Below, piece after piece: positions 11,545 through 22,786 of a stretch of 64,000 nucleotides of DNA. This stretch comes from Candidatus Latescibacterota bacterium (GTDB lineage: Bacteria; Latescibacterota; CBDEFO01). Numbering within the stretch: position 1 is the stretch's first letter; each line of letters begins with the position of its first letter. The stretch is from contig OZ252149.1 of assembly GCA_965248755.1 (NCBI GenBank), positions 2,272,001 to 2,336,000 on the forward strand. Reading direction: 5' to 3'. The position numbers were made by a program, and so were the translations under genes. The notes under the pieces are model-generated. The model saw nothing but the letters and a program-made list of their open reading frames with translations. It had not been told where the DNA came from and did not search any database.

Positions 11545-13101
11545 TCAGTCGTGGGCTGGGGCCATGCGCCATGCCTCGAAGGATTCGAAGTTTGTGCCTC
11601 CGCCACGGGAGAAGAGGCGCACGCCCAGGCTGTCGGGGTGGGTCGGGTAGATCCGCTGCGTGATGCACTGGCGTCCGTTCGCAAACACCTCCAGAACCGA
11701 CCGGTCTAGGAAGATGCGGAGCTTGAGTGGCTCTCCGGCAGCCAGGTCAAACGGAGCCTCCTGGGCCTGGACAACCCTCGCCTCTTCAGGCAACCGTTCG
11801 AGCGCCTGTGAGTTGCGGTAGTGGTTGTATCGGATGCCCTTATCCAGAGTCGATTGGCTTATGTCCACTTTCAGCTTCCCGGCAGACGCATTGTACACAA
11901 CAGCCGTCTGCTCTGCGCCGTCGGGAGAGCATCGCACCTTCACACCGAATTCTTGGGCGTCCTCCGGTTCCATCTCCACCGCCAATTCCAGGCAGTCGCC
12001 TCGGACATCGTCCACGACCAGCTCTGAATCAGCTGTCAGTCGCATTTCCCGGCAAACACTGGGATTCATCCGGAGCACCTCCAGTTCGGGCGCCGGCTCA
12101 ATGCGCAACGTGCCGTCCTTGTCCAACCGGAGAATCCTCGGCAGCGTCATCACCCCGGACCAGCCCGACGCTCGTTCCCTTTCGGGATCTCGAAGCTCGC
12201 GTATCCAGTCAAAGAAAATACGGCGTCCCTTCCCGTCCAATAACGTTCTGGGACCACCAAGTTGACCGCCGGGCCAACTCATCCAGCCATGGCTTTCCGG
12301 GGAGTACCGACTGCCCTCCAACCGCCCGAGATAGTACTGAGTAGTCTGCAGATGACTCGTAAACAGCAGCATGTGCCTGTCTCCCAATGGGAAGAAATCA
12401 GGCACAGCGCAGTCCTCGTCGGCTTCGGTCCACCGCCGCTCCGATTGGTAAAAGGGCCCGACGTACTCCCAGTGGACCAGATCCGGTGATTTGAACAGGG
12501 ACGTCCCATCGCCCTGGACGCCCGGAATACGATTGCCAATAAGCGCATAATAGTTTTCACCGTCCACCCACGCGCACGGATCGAAAACTTTGTACTTCCC
12601 GTGGCCGGGGTCACCCGGCTTCGGCACCCGAATCACCGGGTTGGCCGGGTGCTTGGTCCAGCTAATTAACGTGTCGTCGTGGCTTGTGGCGATACACGTC
12701 CCTTCGGGTATTCCATGGTAGATAACGGTCGGAACGCCTTCTCTGTTCACGAATGCCCCCCCGCTGTAACAACCATCGCGATCAGGTCCATCGAGTGTCG
12801 GCGTAAGCGCGATGGGATGTTGGACCCAGTGCACCAGATCCACGCTGGAGGCATGTCCCCACTGTATCCATTTCCAGTAGCCGCCCTCGGGGTTGTGCTG
12901 GTAGAAGATATGGTATCGGCCTTTCCAGAAGATCGCCCCATTGATGTCATTCATCCAGGCCCACAGCGGCATGAAATGATACCCCGGCCTATGGGGATCA
13001 CGGTAGAATCCTTCTTTCAACTCCTGGGCAGAGCCGATCAGTTTTTCCTTCCGCTGGATTTCGGCCTCGAAGTCCATTGAGTGTTTCTCCCCTTTTGCCA
13101 T
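11545..13101 (-). CDS. Glycoside hydrolase family 32 (beta-fructofuranosidase-like)
   Basis: WMNDING, YHIFYQHNP, WGHASSVDLVHW, FDP, DC.VPDFF and C-terminal DRSVLEVF motifs. Confidence 0.9.
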   Translation of the reverse strand: MAKGEKHSMDFEAEIQRKEKLIGSAQELKEGFYRDPHRPGYHFMPLWAWMNDINGAIFWKGRYHIFYQHNPEGGYWKWIQWGHASSVDLVHWVQHPIALTPTLDGPDRDGCYSGGAFVNREGVPTVIYHGIPEGTCIATSHDDTLISWTKHPANPVIRVPKPGDPGHGKYKVFDPCAWVDGENYYALIGNRIPGVQGDGTSLFKSPDLVHWEYVGPFYQSERRWTEADEDCAVPDFFPLGDRHMLLFTSHLQTTQYYLGRLEGSRYSPESHGWMSWPGGQLGGPRTLLDGKGRRIFFDWIRELRDPERERASGWSGVMTLPRILRLDKDGTLRIEPAPELEVLRMNPSVCREMRLTADSELVVDDVRGDCLELAVEMEPEDAQEFGVKVRCSPDGAEQTAVVYNASAGKLKVDISQSTLDKGIRYNHYRNSQALERLPEEARVVQAQEAPFDLAAGEPLKLRIFLDRSVLEVFANGRQCITQRIYPTHPDSLGVRLFSRGGGTNFESFEAWRMAPAHD

Positions 13102-13409
13102 ACTCCTGTCCTAGTAAGTCGTAACGAAAGTCTCAGTTGCTGCGCCCGTGGGTGCATACGATCCTGGCTGCTCCTTTCCGCTTTACTTTCCTTATCGTAC
13201 CTGCCAATAGATAACTGGCCTTTGGTTTCAGATTCAGAGATGTCCGTCTCCCCACGAACTCAGAAAGTATCGCCTTATCGGTCTCCAGAAAGGTAATATC
13301 CAAACTACCGATGAACTGGCCCAGAACGTTTTGAGTTACCTAAGTAATCGGAGCTGATGTCTGCTCATTAAAGGCGGAGTTGGAAACTCCTTGTTATCCA
13401 CAGTTTCAT

Positions 13410-14219
13410 TCACAAATTACTATAAGGGAACTCAACATCCACATATTCAACGGGCACTCCCGGGAATATCCCTCCAAGGTATACCGCCATTTCCTGCATG
13501 CCTGGCTTCTCTGAAGTGGCATGATTGACTATGAGAACAGGTATGCCTAAATCTACAGCCCAAAGACCTCCATCCCAGAAGTTCATGCCATCATCGGTTG
13601 CCAGAATAAGGTCGGCATTCAGCTCATACATAGTCGGCAGACGGGTAACAGCCCCTGTGCCGACAGCCATACGACTGACCCGTTTCTGCCTGTCACCGAA
13701 TATGAGCACCGTATCTTGTCCAAGGCTCCTCACTCTCTGGAGAACATGCTGGGCCGCCTCCTCCACGGTCATATTCCCCAACAAGCAGATCTTGTAGTAG
13801 GATTCCGATGGACGCGGCTCCGTCTCGAAACCCAGAAAAGCAGCCCATGTATCGGGGATTCCCACGTCCGGCATAAGGGTCCATGTGTCGTGACAAAGCA
13901 TCAAAGTAATGTCCAGATCGTCGAGCAACTGCCTCTTTGCTCTTGCGAGTTGATCTGTTGAGGGGCTTCCGTGGTAATTATCGATTGCCGATTTCGCCCT
14001 GGCAAGCATAAGATGGTAGAACGCGGGTTGATGGCTGATGAACACGTTGAGTCCCTTGTCAGAGGCCTGCTTCAAAGCGGAATTAGTTGGACTCCAGGCC
14101 GTCGCGATCCCCTTTACTTCCGCATCTGGATCCCCGTGCAGGAACTGGTCATTCGTGTTATCCCAGTCCACCCAGGTTCCGACCTCCTGAAAGTGCTCCA
14201 TAATTTCCTTAGCTTTCAT
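13410..14219 (-). CDS. Nif3-like dinuclear metal protein, copy 1
   Basis: GDPDAEVKGIATAW, ISH, HD, NHATSE motifs. Confidence 0.8.
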   Translation of the reverse strand: MKAKEIMEHFQEVGTWVDWDNTNDQFLHGDPDAEVKGIATAWSPTNSALKQASDKGLNVFISHQPAFYHLMLARAKSAIDNYHGSPSTDQLARAKRQLLDDLDITLMLCHDTWTLMPDVGIPDTWAAFLGFETEPRPSESYYKICLLGNMTVEEAAQHVLQRVRSLGQDTVLIFGDRQKRVSRMAVGTGAVTRLPTMYELNADLILATDDGMNFWDGGLWAVDLGIPVLIVNHATSEKPGMQEMAVYLGGIFPGVPVEYVDVEFPYSNL

Positions 14220-14439
14220 TGGACTTCTCCTTATCTAAGCCGTAATGAATTCTCCGATCTTTCCATTGCAGTGTTAATATCCCAAGATAGATCTCTCTGC
14301 GTGAAAGTCGGTCGCCAGAAATGTAATACTAAAATTACTGATGAACTGGCCCAGAACGTTTTGAGTTACCTAAGTAATCGGAGCTGATGTCTGCTCATTA
14401 AAGGCAGAGTTGGAGACTCATTTTTGTCGAGAGTTTCGC

Positions 14440-15228
14440 TCATAAACTACTATAAGGGAACCCAACATCCACATACTCAACACGTAATCCCGGGAATATC
14501 CTTCTAAGGTATGGTGCCATCTCCTGCATACCCGGCTTCTCTGCAGTGGCATGATTGACTATGAGAACAGGTATCCCCAAATCCGCAGCCCAAAGACCTC
14601 CGCTTTGCCATCCACCCCAGAATCTCATGCCATCATCGGTTGCCAGAAGAAGGTCGGCGTTCAGCTCATACATACTCGGCAGATGGGTAATGGCCCCTGT
14701 GCCGACAGCCATGCGACTGATTCGTTTCTTCCTGTCACCGAATATGAGCACCGTATCTTGTCCAAGGCTCCTCACTTTCTGGAGAACACGCTGCGCTGCC
14801 TCCTCCACGGTCATATCGCCCAACAAGCAGATCTTGTAGTAGGAGTCCGATGGACGCGGCTCCATCTCGAAACCGAAAAGAGCTGCCCACGTATCGGGGA
14901 TTCCCACTTCCGACATAAGGTCCCACAGGTCGTGACAACGCATCATTGTAATGTTTAGCTCATCCAGCAACTGCCTCTTCTCCCTTACCAATCGATCCGC
15001 TGAGGGGGTTCCCTGGTAACCGTGGTAGAACGCCGGTTCATGGGTGATAAACACGTTGAGCCCTTTATCAGAGGCCTCCTTCAAAGCAGCATTAGTTGGG
15101 CTCCAGACCGTTGCAACCCCTTCTACTTCCGCGTCCGGATCGCCGTGCAGGAACTGGTCACCCGTGTTCTCCCAATCCACCCAGGTTCCGATCTCCTGAA
15201 AATGCTCCAGAATCTCCTTAGCTTTCAT
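14440..15228 (-). CDS. Nif3-like dinuclear metal protein, copy 2
   Basis: ITHEP, HD, NHATAE motifs; close paralog of copy 1. Confidence 0.82.
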   Translation of the reverse strand: MKAKEILEHFQEIGTWVDWENTGDQFLHGDPDAEVEGVATVWSPTNAALKEASDKGLNVFITHEPAFYHGYQGTPSADRLVREKRQLLDELNITMMRCHDLWDLMSEVGIPDTWAALFGFEMEPRPSDSYYKICLLGDMTVEEAAQRVLQKVRSLGQDTVLIFGDRKKRISRMAVGTGAITHLPSMYELNADLLLATDDGMRFWGGWQSGGLWAADLGIPVLIVNHATAEKPGMQEMAPYLRRIFPGLRVEYVDVGFPYSSL

Positions 15229-16066
15229 TGTATTTTTCCTCTCTAAAGGAATACAGTTTTGGAAAAACTAAATCTGCAGCAGCGGAAGTTTTCCTTTTCC
15301 AATCAGGTAATCCGAATTCTAACACATTTTCTCCCTGCGGTCAACAAAAATCTTGACTCTTCCTTGATCCTTCTGGACTTCTGGCACATATCTCCCGGCA
15401 CTCCGGCGTGTCACGGTTGTCCCAGTACACCGTCTCTTCTATGGGAGCGTCGTAGACAAGGGCGATCAGACGATCCATATCCTTGCTGGGCCACTAAGAT
15501 GCCCAGATCCATTTTGGATCTTCGAAAAAATAGGTCCTACAGACTGTAGTGACCGTATCGGCATATCTTGATCTAAAAGCTGCGTGGCGAAGGTGCGCTG
15601 CTGGTCTCAATGAGAAAAGCTTGTTATCCTTCTGCCCAGAAGCTCACGGAGGATTGAATACACAGCCCGTCAGACATCATCACGATCTATTCCTTTTGAT
15701 TATTACAAGGGTGCTTATCTTAGACAAGCTGAATAGTGTGAAAATGTCTTGAACTGAGAAGTTTTCATTGACTTCCACTATTTGCTTATGTATCTTCCCT
15801 CCTGATGAACATATGACCTTGTATCCTTCTTTTCGTAACATATGCTATACATACTCTGTATTAGCTGCACATAGTTCGTCTGAAGCAAGGAAGTCCCTGA
15901 AATGAGACAGAACGGTTCATATACTGTCTGACACGATTAGTCTCTTTGCGTCTGATTGGCTGTATACAAGTTTTGCTGGGACCAACTGACTCTTGTCCTG
16001 GGGATATTCCCAGAATTGTGAAATGGTGGAGAGGCAGAGAGATAAGGTCTTCTATGGAGGTATGTC

Positions 16067-18040
16067 ATGAACAGCAACAACTCGAAACCCGCATCGCGGC
16101 GTGGCCTGGTTGAGCACATTCGTCAGACAATACCGTCGTTTGACGTCCCGTCCTACGGCGGGCGTTCTTACGAGGTAATGGCACCCGACACGCTCGACAT
16201 CCAGCAGCGCATCGCCCTGGCGGTCAACGGCCTGACCGGTCCAACGGACCCCGATAAGGACTACCTGCTTTACTTCCGCGTCAACTTCCGCTCGAATCCG
16301 CCGAGCATGTCGCATGGGCCTTCGGATATCTGTCAAATCAAGTTTATGGAATCGTTGCCGCTGATGCGGTTGGCCAGCGGAGCCGCCCTCAACGACCGCG
16401 TTGATCCGGTATGGATGAAGACAGCGCTGGGGATGATCGGCCCAGATGGTCTGGTCTATTGGCCAACTTTTCCATGGAGTAGATACCCAGACTGGTGTGA
16501 GCCATGTCCCAAGGGAGCCAAACACTATTCGGTGGCGATGTTTTGCGGCAGGATGATTGGTGCTATGACAATTTACATGCTGCGCGATTCCTCTGGCCCT
16601 TGGGAGAAAGAGATTCAGAAGGTTGTCCATGGCCTGCGGAGTATCGCAATCCAGAAAGATGACTATGCCTTCTTCCCTCAGGGCGGGTTTTCTCCCGGTA
16701 CGCGGCGGGTGCGCGAGGCCTCGCTGCCTTTGGGTGTATGGGCCAGTCTGGTCGGCTGGACCATACACGGGTTGGCACAATATCACCGCGTAAGCGGTTT
16801 CGAACCAGCGGTAGACCTGGCCAGCAGGCTGACCCGTTACCTCGTCCATCACGGCCGGTACTATGGGCCTGACGGCGAATTCCTACCCAATTACGGCGGG
16901 CAAGGAGAGATGGACGAAGGATGGGCCCGCGACAGCCAAGGCTTCAACCCGGGCCCGCCGCCGGTTAACAACCTGATTCATTTCCAGCATCACATGGTGC
17001 CGCTGCTGGGCACGCTGGATCATGCACTGGCAGTGGGCGACGCTAATCTGGCGGATTTTGTGCGACACTCATTCGAATGGGCCAGGACCAAAGGCAATGC
17101 TCTGTTGGGCTATTTCCCCGAGAACATAGACAACTACGCGGAGCTTGAGACCTCCGAACTTTGCGAGGTGGCGGGGATGATCGGCTTGGCGCTGAAACTC
17201 AGCGCCGCCGGCCTCGGCGATTACTGGGACGATGCCGACCGCTGGATCCGCAATATGTTCGCCGAAGGGCAGCTACTTCGACCGGAATGGGTTTACCACA
17301 GTGCCGAAGGGGGAATGGTCACCAGCAAGACCCGGATTCCACCCTCGGCCATGGGCGAAGGAATTAGTGACATCGATACCAGTCGCGAGGACCCTAAGGC
17401 TCCCGCACCCATGTCGATCTTATCCGATACCTGTGATCGTGTGCCCGAGCGCAACGTTGGAGCCTTTGCGGGTTGGCCGACCGCTAACGACTGGTTTATC
17501 GGACACGGCTCGGGAATCATGCACTGCTGCACCGGCAACGCCACCCGCGCCCTCTACTACATCTGGGAGCACATGCTCACCTATGATCGAGGCACACTCA
17601 CCGTGAACCTGCTCTTGAATCGTCCGTCCAAGTGGGCCGACGTGCATAGCCATATTCCGTATACCGGTCAGGTGGACATCGTCGTCAAGCGGGCGTGCAA
17701 AGAGTTGCGCGTCCGAATCCCTGAATGGGTAACTCCCCAGCAGGTATCGTCCAAGATCAACGGCAAGAAACGCCAGCTCAACTGGGACAAGAGATATGCC
17801 CTTGTGGGGCCGGTTGCCGGGAAGGACGAGGTGACGATGTCGTTCCCGATCTCAGAACGTAGAAGGGAAACTGATATCGAGTGCCAGCACTACCACTTAA
17901 TCACACGTGGCAACGAGGTGGTGGACATCTACCCTCGCGGTCGGTTTTGCCCACTCTACCAGCGGGATTATTACCGAACTGACACAACCCGATGGAAGAA
18001 GGTTCAGCGGTTCGTCTCAAATGAATCGATAGCATGGTAA
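16067..18040 (+). CDS. GH127/GH146-like (alpha/alpha)6 glycoside hydrolase
   Basis: SELCEV and MHCCTGN Cys motifs, LRVRIPEW beta-sandwich tail; GGAGG RBS. Confidence 0.65.
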   Translation: MNSNNSKPASRRGLVEHIRQTIPSFDVPSYGGRSYEVMAPDTLDIQQRIALAVNGLTGPTDPDKDYLLYFRVNFRSNPPSMSHGPSDICQIKFMESLPLMRLASGAALNDRVDPVWMKTALGMIGPDGLVYWPTFPWSRYPDWCEPCPKGAKHYSVAMFCGRMIGAMTIYMLRDSSGPWEKEIQKVVHGLRSIAIQKDDYAFFPQGGFSPGTRRVREASLPLGVWASLVGWTIHGLAQYHRVSGFEPAVDLASRLTRYLVHHGRYYGPDGEFLPNYGGQGEMDEGWARDSQGFNPGPPPVNNLIHFQHHMVPLLGTLDHALAVGDANLADFVRHSFEWARTKGNALLGYFPENIDNYAELETSELCEVAGMIGLALKLSAAGLGDYWDDADRWIRNMFAEGQLLRPEWVYHSAEGGMVTSKTRIPPSAMGEGISDIDTSREDPKAPAPMSILSDTCDRVPERNVGAFAGWPTANDWFIGHGSGIMHCCTGNATRALYYIWEHMLTYDRGTLTVNLLLNRPSKWADVHSHIPYTGQVDIVVKRACKELRVRIPEWVTPQQVSSKINGKKRQLNWDKRYALVGPVAGKDEVTMSFPISERRRETDIECQHYHLITRGNEVVDIYPRGRFCPLYQRDYYRTDTTRWKKVQRFVSNESIAW

Positions 18041-18699
18041 TGCGCACGTATTTGGTTTTCAGATTACGGAGATGGAGAATAATCGTGGATTCCGAACATG
18101 CCAGGCCTATCAAAGGATATGTGGCCGATCATTCAGTCTATGCTTGTGGGATTCGACCTACATAGGGTAACAGCCACGTACGAATCGTCTGTTATGCTCC
18201 AAGTGGGTAATTCCAACGCCTGGCTGCCGATTACGCCCTGGAATTGCAGACAGGGTGTATTGACTTTCATCTTGCTTCGTGTTATTCTATAGAATCGCTG
18301 CTTGTTCCAGTAGAAATTCAGCGGAAGTTGATAGAAAAGGCAAGGACAAAATTGCTCATGCATATTCAGCTTTTTCGGAAGCTCTGCCCTAGCAGGAGCC
18401 AAGCAATGTATCAAGACCGAGCAGGACTGGCTCAGCCTCGGATTAACAACTGAATGACCCTGTTCTCCGCAATTCTCTATTGACATGCGCTATTTTATCT
18501 CTATCTTCTCACCAAACTATCCACAAGCTGCCTTTGTACCTGTACACCAGAATATAAGACCCGCGTCTCTGCCCTAACATAAGGGTAAATTAGGTGAAAC
18601 ACTTCGTGGCTTGTTGCCACATTTCCCCTTCCACCGCGGCTTGGGTTCGCACCTATATAGAATAGTAGACACAAGAACAGACAGAGGAGAAAATACCCT

Positions 18700-19569
18700 A
18701 TGTTATATTCACCTGTTGTGATCTCTACATGGGACTTCGGTAAAGCGGCAAACGAAGACGCAATGAAGGTACTCTTGCAGGGAAGGAGCGCACTGGACGC
18801 CGTAGAGGAAGGGATATGGGTGGCAGAGGCCGACCCTTCAAATTCCACCGTGGGATTTGCCGGGACTCCCAACGAAGAAGGCGTGGTGCAAGTAGACGCA
18901 GCGATCATGTGGGGTCCGGGTAAGAAGGCGGGCAGTGTCGCTTGTCTGGAGAATATCCTGCACCCCATCTCCGTGGCCAGGAGAGTGATGGAGGAATCGC
19001 GCCACGTAATGTTAGTCGGAGAGGGAGCTCTGAAATTTGCTCTTTCAAAGGGATTCGAAAAGTGGAATCTGACGACAGAGGAGACCAGACGTAAGTGGCA
19101 GGAGTGGAAAAAGGAGCAGGAAGTAAAGAGCCAAGGTCACGATACGATCGGGATGGTAGCGCGGGATCAAAACGGAGACCTTGCTGTGGGCTGCTCGACA
19201 AGCGGCGCTGGATACAAGGAGCCGGGCAGGGTGGGAGACTCCCCCTTAATAGGATCGGGTCTCTATGTGGATAACGACGTGGGCGGAGCATCCGCCACAG
19301 GTCTCGGTGAGGACATTATGAGGTACTGCTCAAGCTTTATGGTAGTGGAGAATATGCGAAATGGAATGCATCCCGAACAGGCGTGCAAAGCTTTATTAAG
19401 GAGGATACTTGAGGAAGACCCGGAAAATAACAAGAATATGTGGATAGCGTTGGTGGCTCTGAACAAACAGGGCGAATACGGAGCTGCAGTTATGCACAAA
19501 GGGTTCCCATTTGCCGTTTTCGCTGACGGAGTAAACGTGGTGAAAGAGGGCGCCTATGTCGCGGAATAG
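18700..19569 (+). CDS. N(4)-(beta-N-acetylglucosaminyl)-L-asparaginase
   Basis: HDTIG autoproteolysis motif, GRVGDSP, ATGLGE. Confidence 0.9.
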   Translation: MLYSPVVISTWDFGKAANEDAMKVLLQGRSALDAVEEGIWVAEADPSNSTVGFAGTPNEEGVVQVDAAIMWGPGKKAGSVACLENILHPISVARRVMEESRHVMLVGEGALKFALSKGFEKWNLTTEETRRKWQEWKKEQEVKSQGHDTIGMVARDQNGDLAVGCSTSGAGYKEPGRVGDSPLIGSGLYVDNDVGGASATGLGEDIMRYCSSFMVVENMRNGMHPEQACKALLRRILEEDPENNKNMWIALVALNKQGEYGAAVMHKGFPFAVFADGVNVVKEGAYVAE

Positions 19570-20312
19570 TAAGTATAAGGTTCAAGGATGGCAAGAAACG
19601 GACTGTCCCCGCTATGATGATTTTTAGAGCGATCTGCGTCATCTAATCGATACACGCAGGAGCTGGACCTTTTGTGTTAGCAGACAGAGCGGGGCACTCA
19701 AAGGGAAGGTACTAAGCAACCTGATGGCCAAAGTAGGTAGATTAGGTTGCACATGTGCAATCGGAGAGTGGACAAGCTCTATCTTCCGACACGAGATTGT
19801 TACTACGGCTGTCGCATCTGCTATGATCTTACCAATACCTCCTGCCAGCAAAGCCTCAAACTGTATTCCCATGTATAAGCGCCTTTCCGAACGGACAGCA
19901 CAGCCACTCGAAATAATAAGGCATATTCTGGGAAGATAGCAGCGAGCCTGGAGGAAGAGACGTTCCGTGATGAGAGCCTTCTCCGTTTCACAGACAACAC
20001 AAAACAAACAGAAAACCCACTATTTCCGAAAGGTTGTGGAAGACTACGGGTGGCTTTGGCCGGCCCGCAAGCCGGAGACCAACTCTGACTGCATCGGTAT
20101 ACCTAAGACGGACCCACCAGGCCGGCAGGTGCCTGGCGACTCGAAAGCGCCGCCCAGGGGTTCCCTGTGGAAAACAGATGTTTCGAAGATCAAGTCGAAG
20201 CGTGCAGCCTGATGGTACCAGCGAACGACGGCTACGTGCGGATCGCAATTCAAAGCGCCGGGCGCGCAGTGCTGCCACGTAACCAGATAACGATCGATCA
20301 CTTCCGGAAGAT

Positions 20313-21509
20313 TCACTGATCGACGATCTCGACCTCCAGCGGATGGAAAAGCCGTTGTGCCGTATCTTCAACCGGGGCCAGCATCTTCTCCGGACGTCCC
20401 TCGGAGTCCTCGGCAAGCAGGAACGGTAGCCAGGCCTCCCTTTCGAAGTACACGTTGCCAGCCGGGACGAGCGTTTCAGAATCATCCCTGGGCCAGACCA
20501 AGACCCTTGCCCAGTAGGCGTAATTGTCGTATCGAGTGATTTGCATTCTATAGTCGCGCAGGGTCGCTTCCGTCCCGCTGGGTCCCTTGTTCTCAACTTT
20601 CAGGCGTATGGTCGCCATACCGTGACCAGTTTTGGGGTTATAAAACGCCAACCAGTCGTCGTCCGGCAGGGACGGAAACTCCATTTCCTCTGCGGCTGGA
20701 ATCTCAGCCGCGTGGATCTTTCCTTGTCGATCCTTGCGCGCCACATGGGTGAACAGATCCGGGGAGAAAACCTGTTCGCCGTTGCGAAGAACCTCGAGCG
20801 TCAGAGGTTGCTTCATCGTCGTCTTGGACTGCATGATCACATACGGCTCGGTGGCTGAAAACCAGTAGCGCAGATCGACGTCGATCTCGGGGTATTTCTG
20901 CATATCACCCTTGCGCCGCGTCTCGAACACGAGCTCCCCGCGCCACTCCTTCAGACCCGGGGGTGGATCCCACTGGTATGTATGCAACCACCCGCGGTCC
21001 GCCTTCACCCCCGGGTTCCAATGGACCGTGCCGATCGAATTGAAAAACTCCGGCTTTCCGTGCAAGGTGATGCGGTCGAAGTTGCCGCTCGGGGCCTTGA
21101 GCTTGGCCTCGTAGAAGGCGTTAGTGATCGAGACATCCTCTTGCTTGGCCGTATCGCCCTCGATCTTCAGGGGTCGTTCTGGTGCTTGGGTCTTTCCGGG
21201 AACGATGCGATAGACGCGGCTATGCGTCGCTGCTATATTCACCGGGAACCAGATCGCTCGCTCTTCTCCGTCGCCCACCACCTGTGATGCGACAGGGTCT
21301 CCGTCCTCCTCCCGAACCATCAGCGGTCCCTCCGCTTTCACCGGCACGCTGACCAGCTCTCCGCTGCGCTCCAGGCCGTGCGGCTCATGGACCCGAACGA
21401 CCGTGCCCTCCTCATCACATCCCAACAGACCGATTACCGCGGCAAGCGCGCCGAAAAGACATCCAGGCTTCGCACCGTGTAAAAAGGGCTTTCTCCAGAT
21501 TCTCGTCAT
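20313..21509 (-). CDS. Hypothetical lipoprotein
   Basis: LLGC lipobox after hydrophobic stretch, GGAG RBS, 398 aa. Confidence 0.65.
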   Translation of the reverse strand: MTRIWRKPFLHGAKPGCLFGALAAVIGLLGCDEEGTVVRVHEPHGLERSGELVSVPVKAEGPLMVREEDGDPVASQVVGDGEERAIWFPVNIAATHSRVYRIVPGKTQAPERPLKIEGDTAKQEDVSITNAFYEAKLKAPSGNFDRITLHGKPEFFNSIGTVHWNPGVKADRGWLHTYQWDPPPGLKEWRGELVFETRRKGDMQKYPEIDVDLRYWFSATEPYVIMQSKTTMKQPLTLEVLRNGEQVFSPDLFTHVARKDRQGKIHAAEIPAAEEMEFPSLPDDDWLAFYNPKTGHGMATIRLKVENKGPSGTEATLRDYRMQITRYDNYAYWARVLVWPRDDSETLVPAGNVYFEREAWLPFLLAEDSEGRPEKMLAPVEDTAQRLFHPLEVEIVDQ

Positions 21510-22279
21510 ATCTTGTGCTCCTTTCAGTCAGGTAGCAGAAGCATACTCGATTAGTGGCTTCGCGACCCAGACGTTATGCAATTGGGCATCAATGATATGC
21601 AGCTTGTCATCACGCTCGATGCGGATGACTCAAGGATGCGCATCAGTATGAGAAATCACAGCCTCTGCTCCAGTTACGGCAAGGTCGTTCACAAGATGAT
21701 AGTTGTAGACTACCTGGCCGTCGGCGTTTTATTAGACAGCAGAGTTGGGCGACCCATCAAACACGACGAATACACGTCCTGCCGCGACAGGTGGTATTCT
21801 GAGTCTTTAAGTTGCTGCCTGTGCATATTTCCTACTTTAGAATGGGAAGTTCATTTCCTGGTTACTTCAATTTAGGCGAGGCAATAGTTTAGCACCTGTT
21901 TCTGAAGTTACTCTATATCTGGTGTTTTAGCTACAATGGTGCACTATATATAGAACCTAATAAAGACTAAACAGAAAAGCAAGGAAAAAACGCGTGTTGT
22001 CTGAAAATGGATATCTTAACAAGAACAAGCCCCGTGAACATCGCACAGGGCTTGTTTGTATCTGAAAATATAACCACTATATAGAATTAAGTCAAGGGAA
22101 CAGGGTGGAAGAAAGGATGTGCTATTCACCTAGACGAGATGTCTATGCGTCTTCATCGTGAAATACTGCAGGGAGATTAGAGAGGCTTTGGTCCTAATAC
22201 GAAATAGATTTATGTCACCAATCTGTCACCACAATAACAACGGGCTACGACTCAATCTTTGTAACTCATTAGTTATTTA

Positions 22280-22358
22280 TGGTGGGCAGTACTGGATTTG
22301 AACCAGTGACCTCCTGCTTGTAAGGCAGGCGCTCTAAACCAGACTGAGCTAACCGCCC
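22280..22358 (-). tRNA. tRNA-Val (TAC)
   Basis: GGGCGGTTAGCTCAG...CCTGCCTTACAAGCAGG...GGTTCAAATCC...CTGCCCACCA; cloverleaf with encoded CCA. Confidence 0.96.
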
Positions 22359-22786
22359 ACTCTCCTGTAGATTGTGTTGTGACCGCTCCCACGAAATAAT
22401 TTCGTGGACTTTTAGCCTAAAGTCTGAGTGTGCGTGTCCAGACGCAGACAGAACAGAGAGTTCAGGCCCAACTTCCGGAGGTAATATAATTAATTACTCA
22501 CCAGTTGTCAACACATAAAAGCGATTTATGCTCCGCATAAACCCTGTAGCTTTTTTGAGGGGTTCTGTAAGCTGTAAAGTCAAGGATCATCTTATGTTTC
22601 TTGTTATGAATAAGACAAAAGGGATATATCTGTTTCCACTATTACCCTGTAAAATGTGGCAGAAAAACTACTTGATTTTCGTATGAAAGGAATATATATT
22701 GTTTTCCAGTGAGATTATTAGCCGGTTCGACTATAAACCAGACGTTCAATTTTTTTCTGACAATTAGCTTATTTTGAGGAGGAAAT

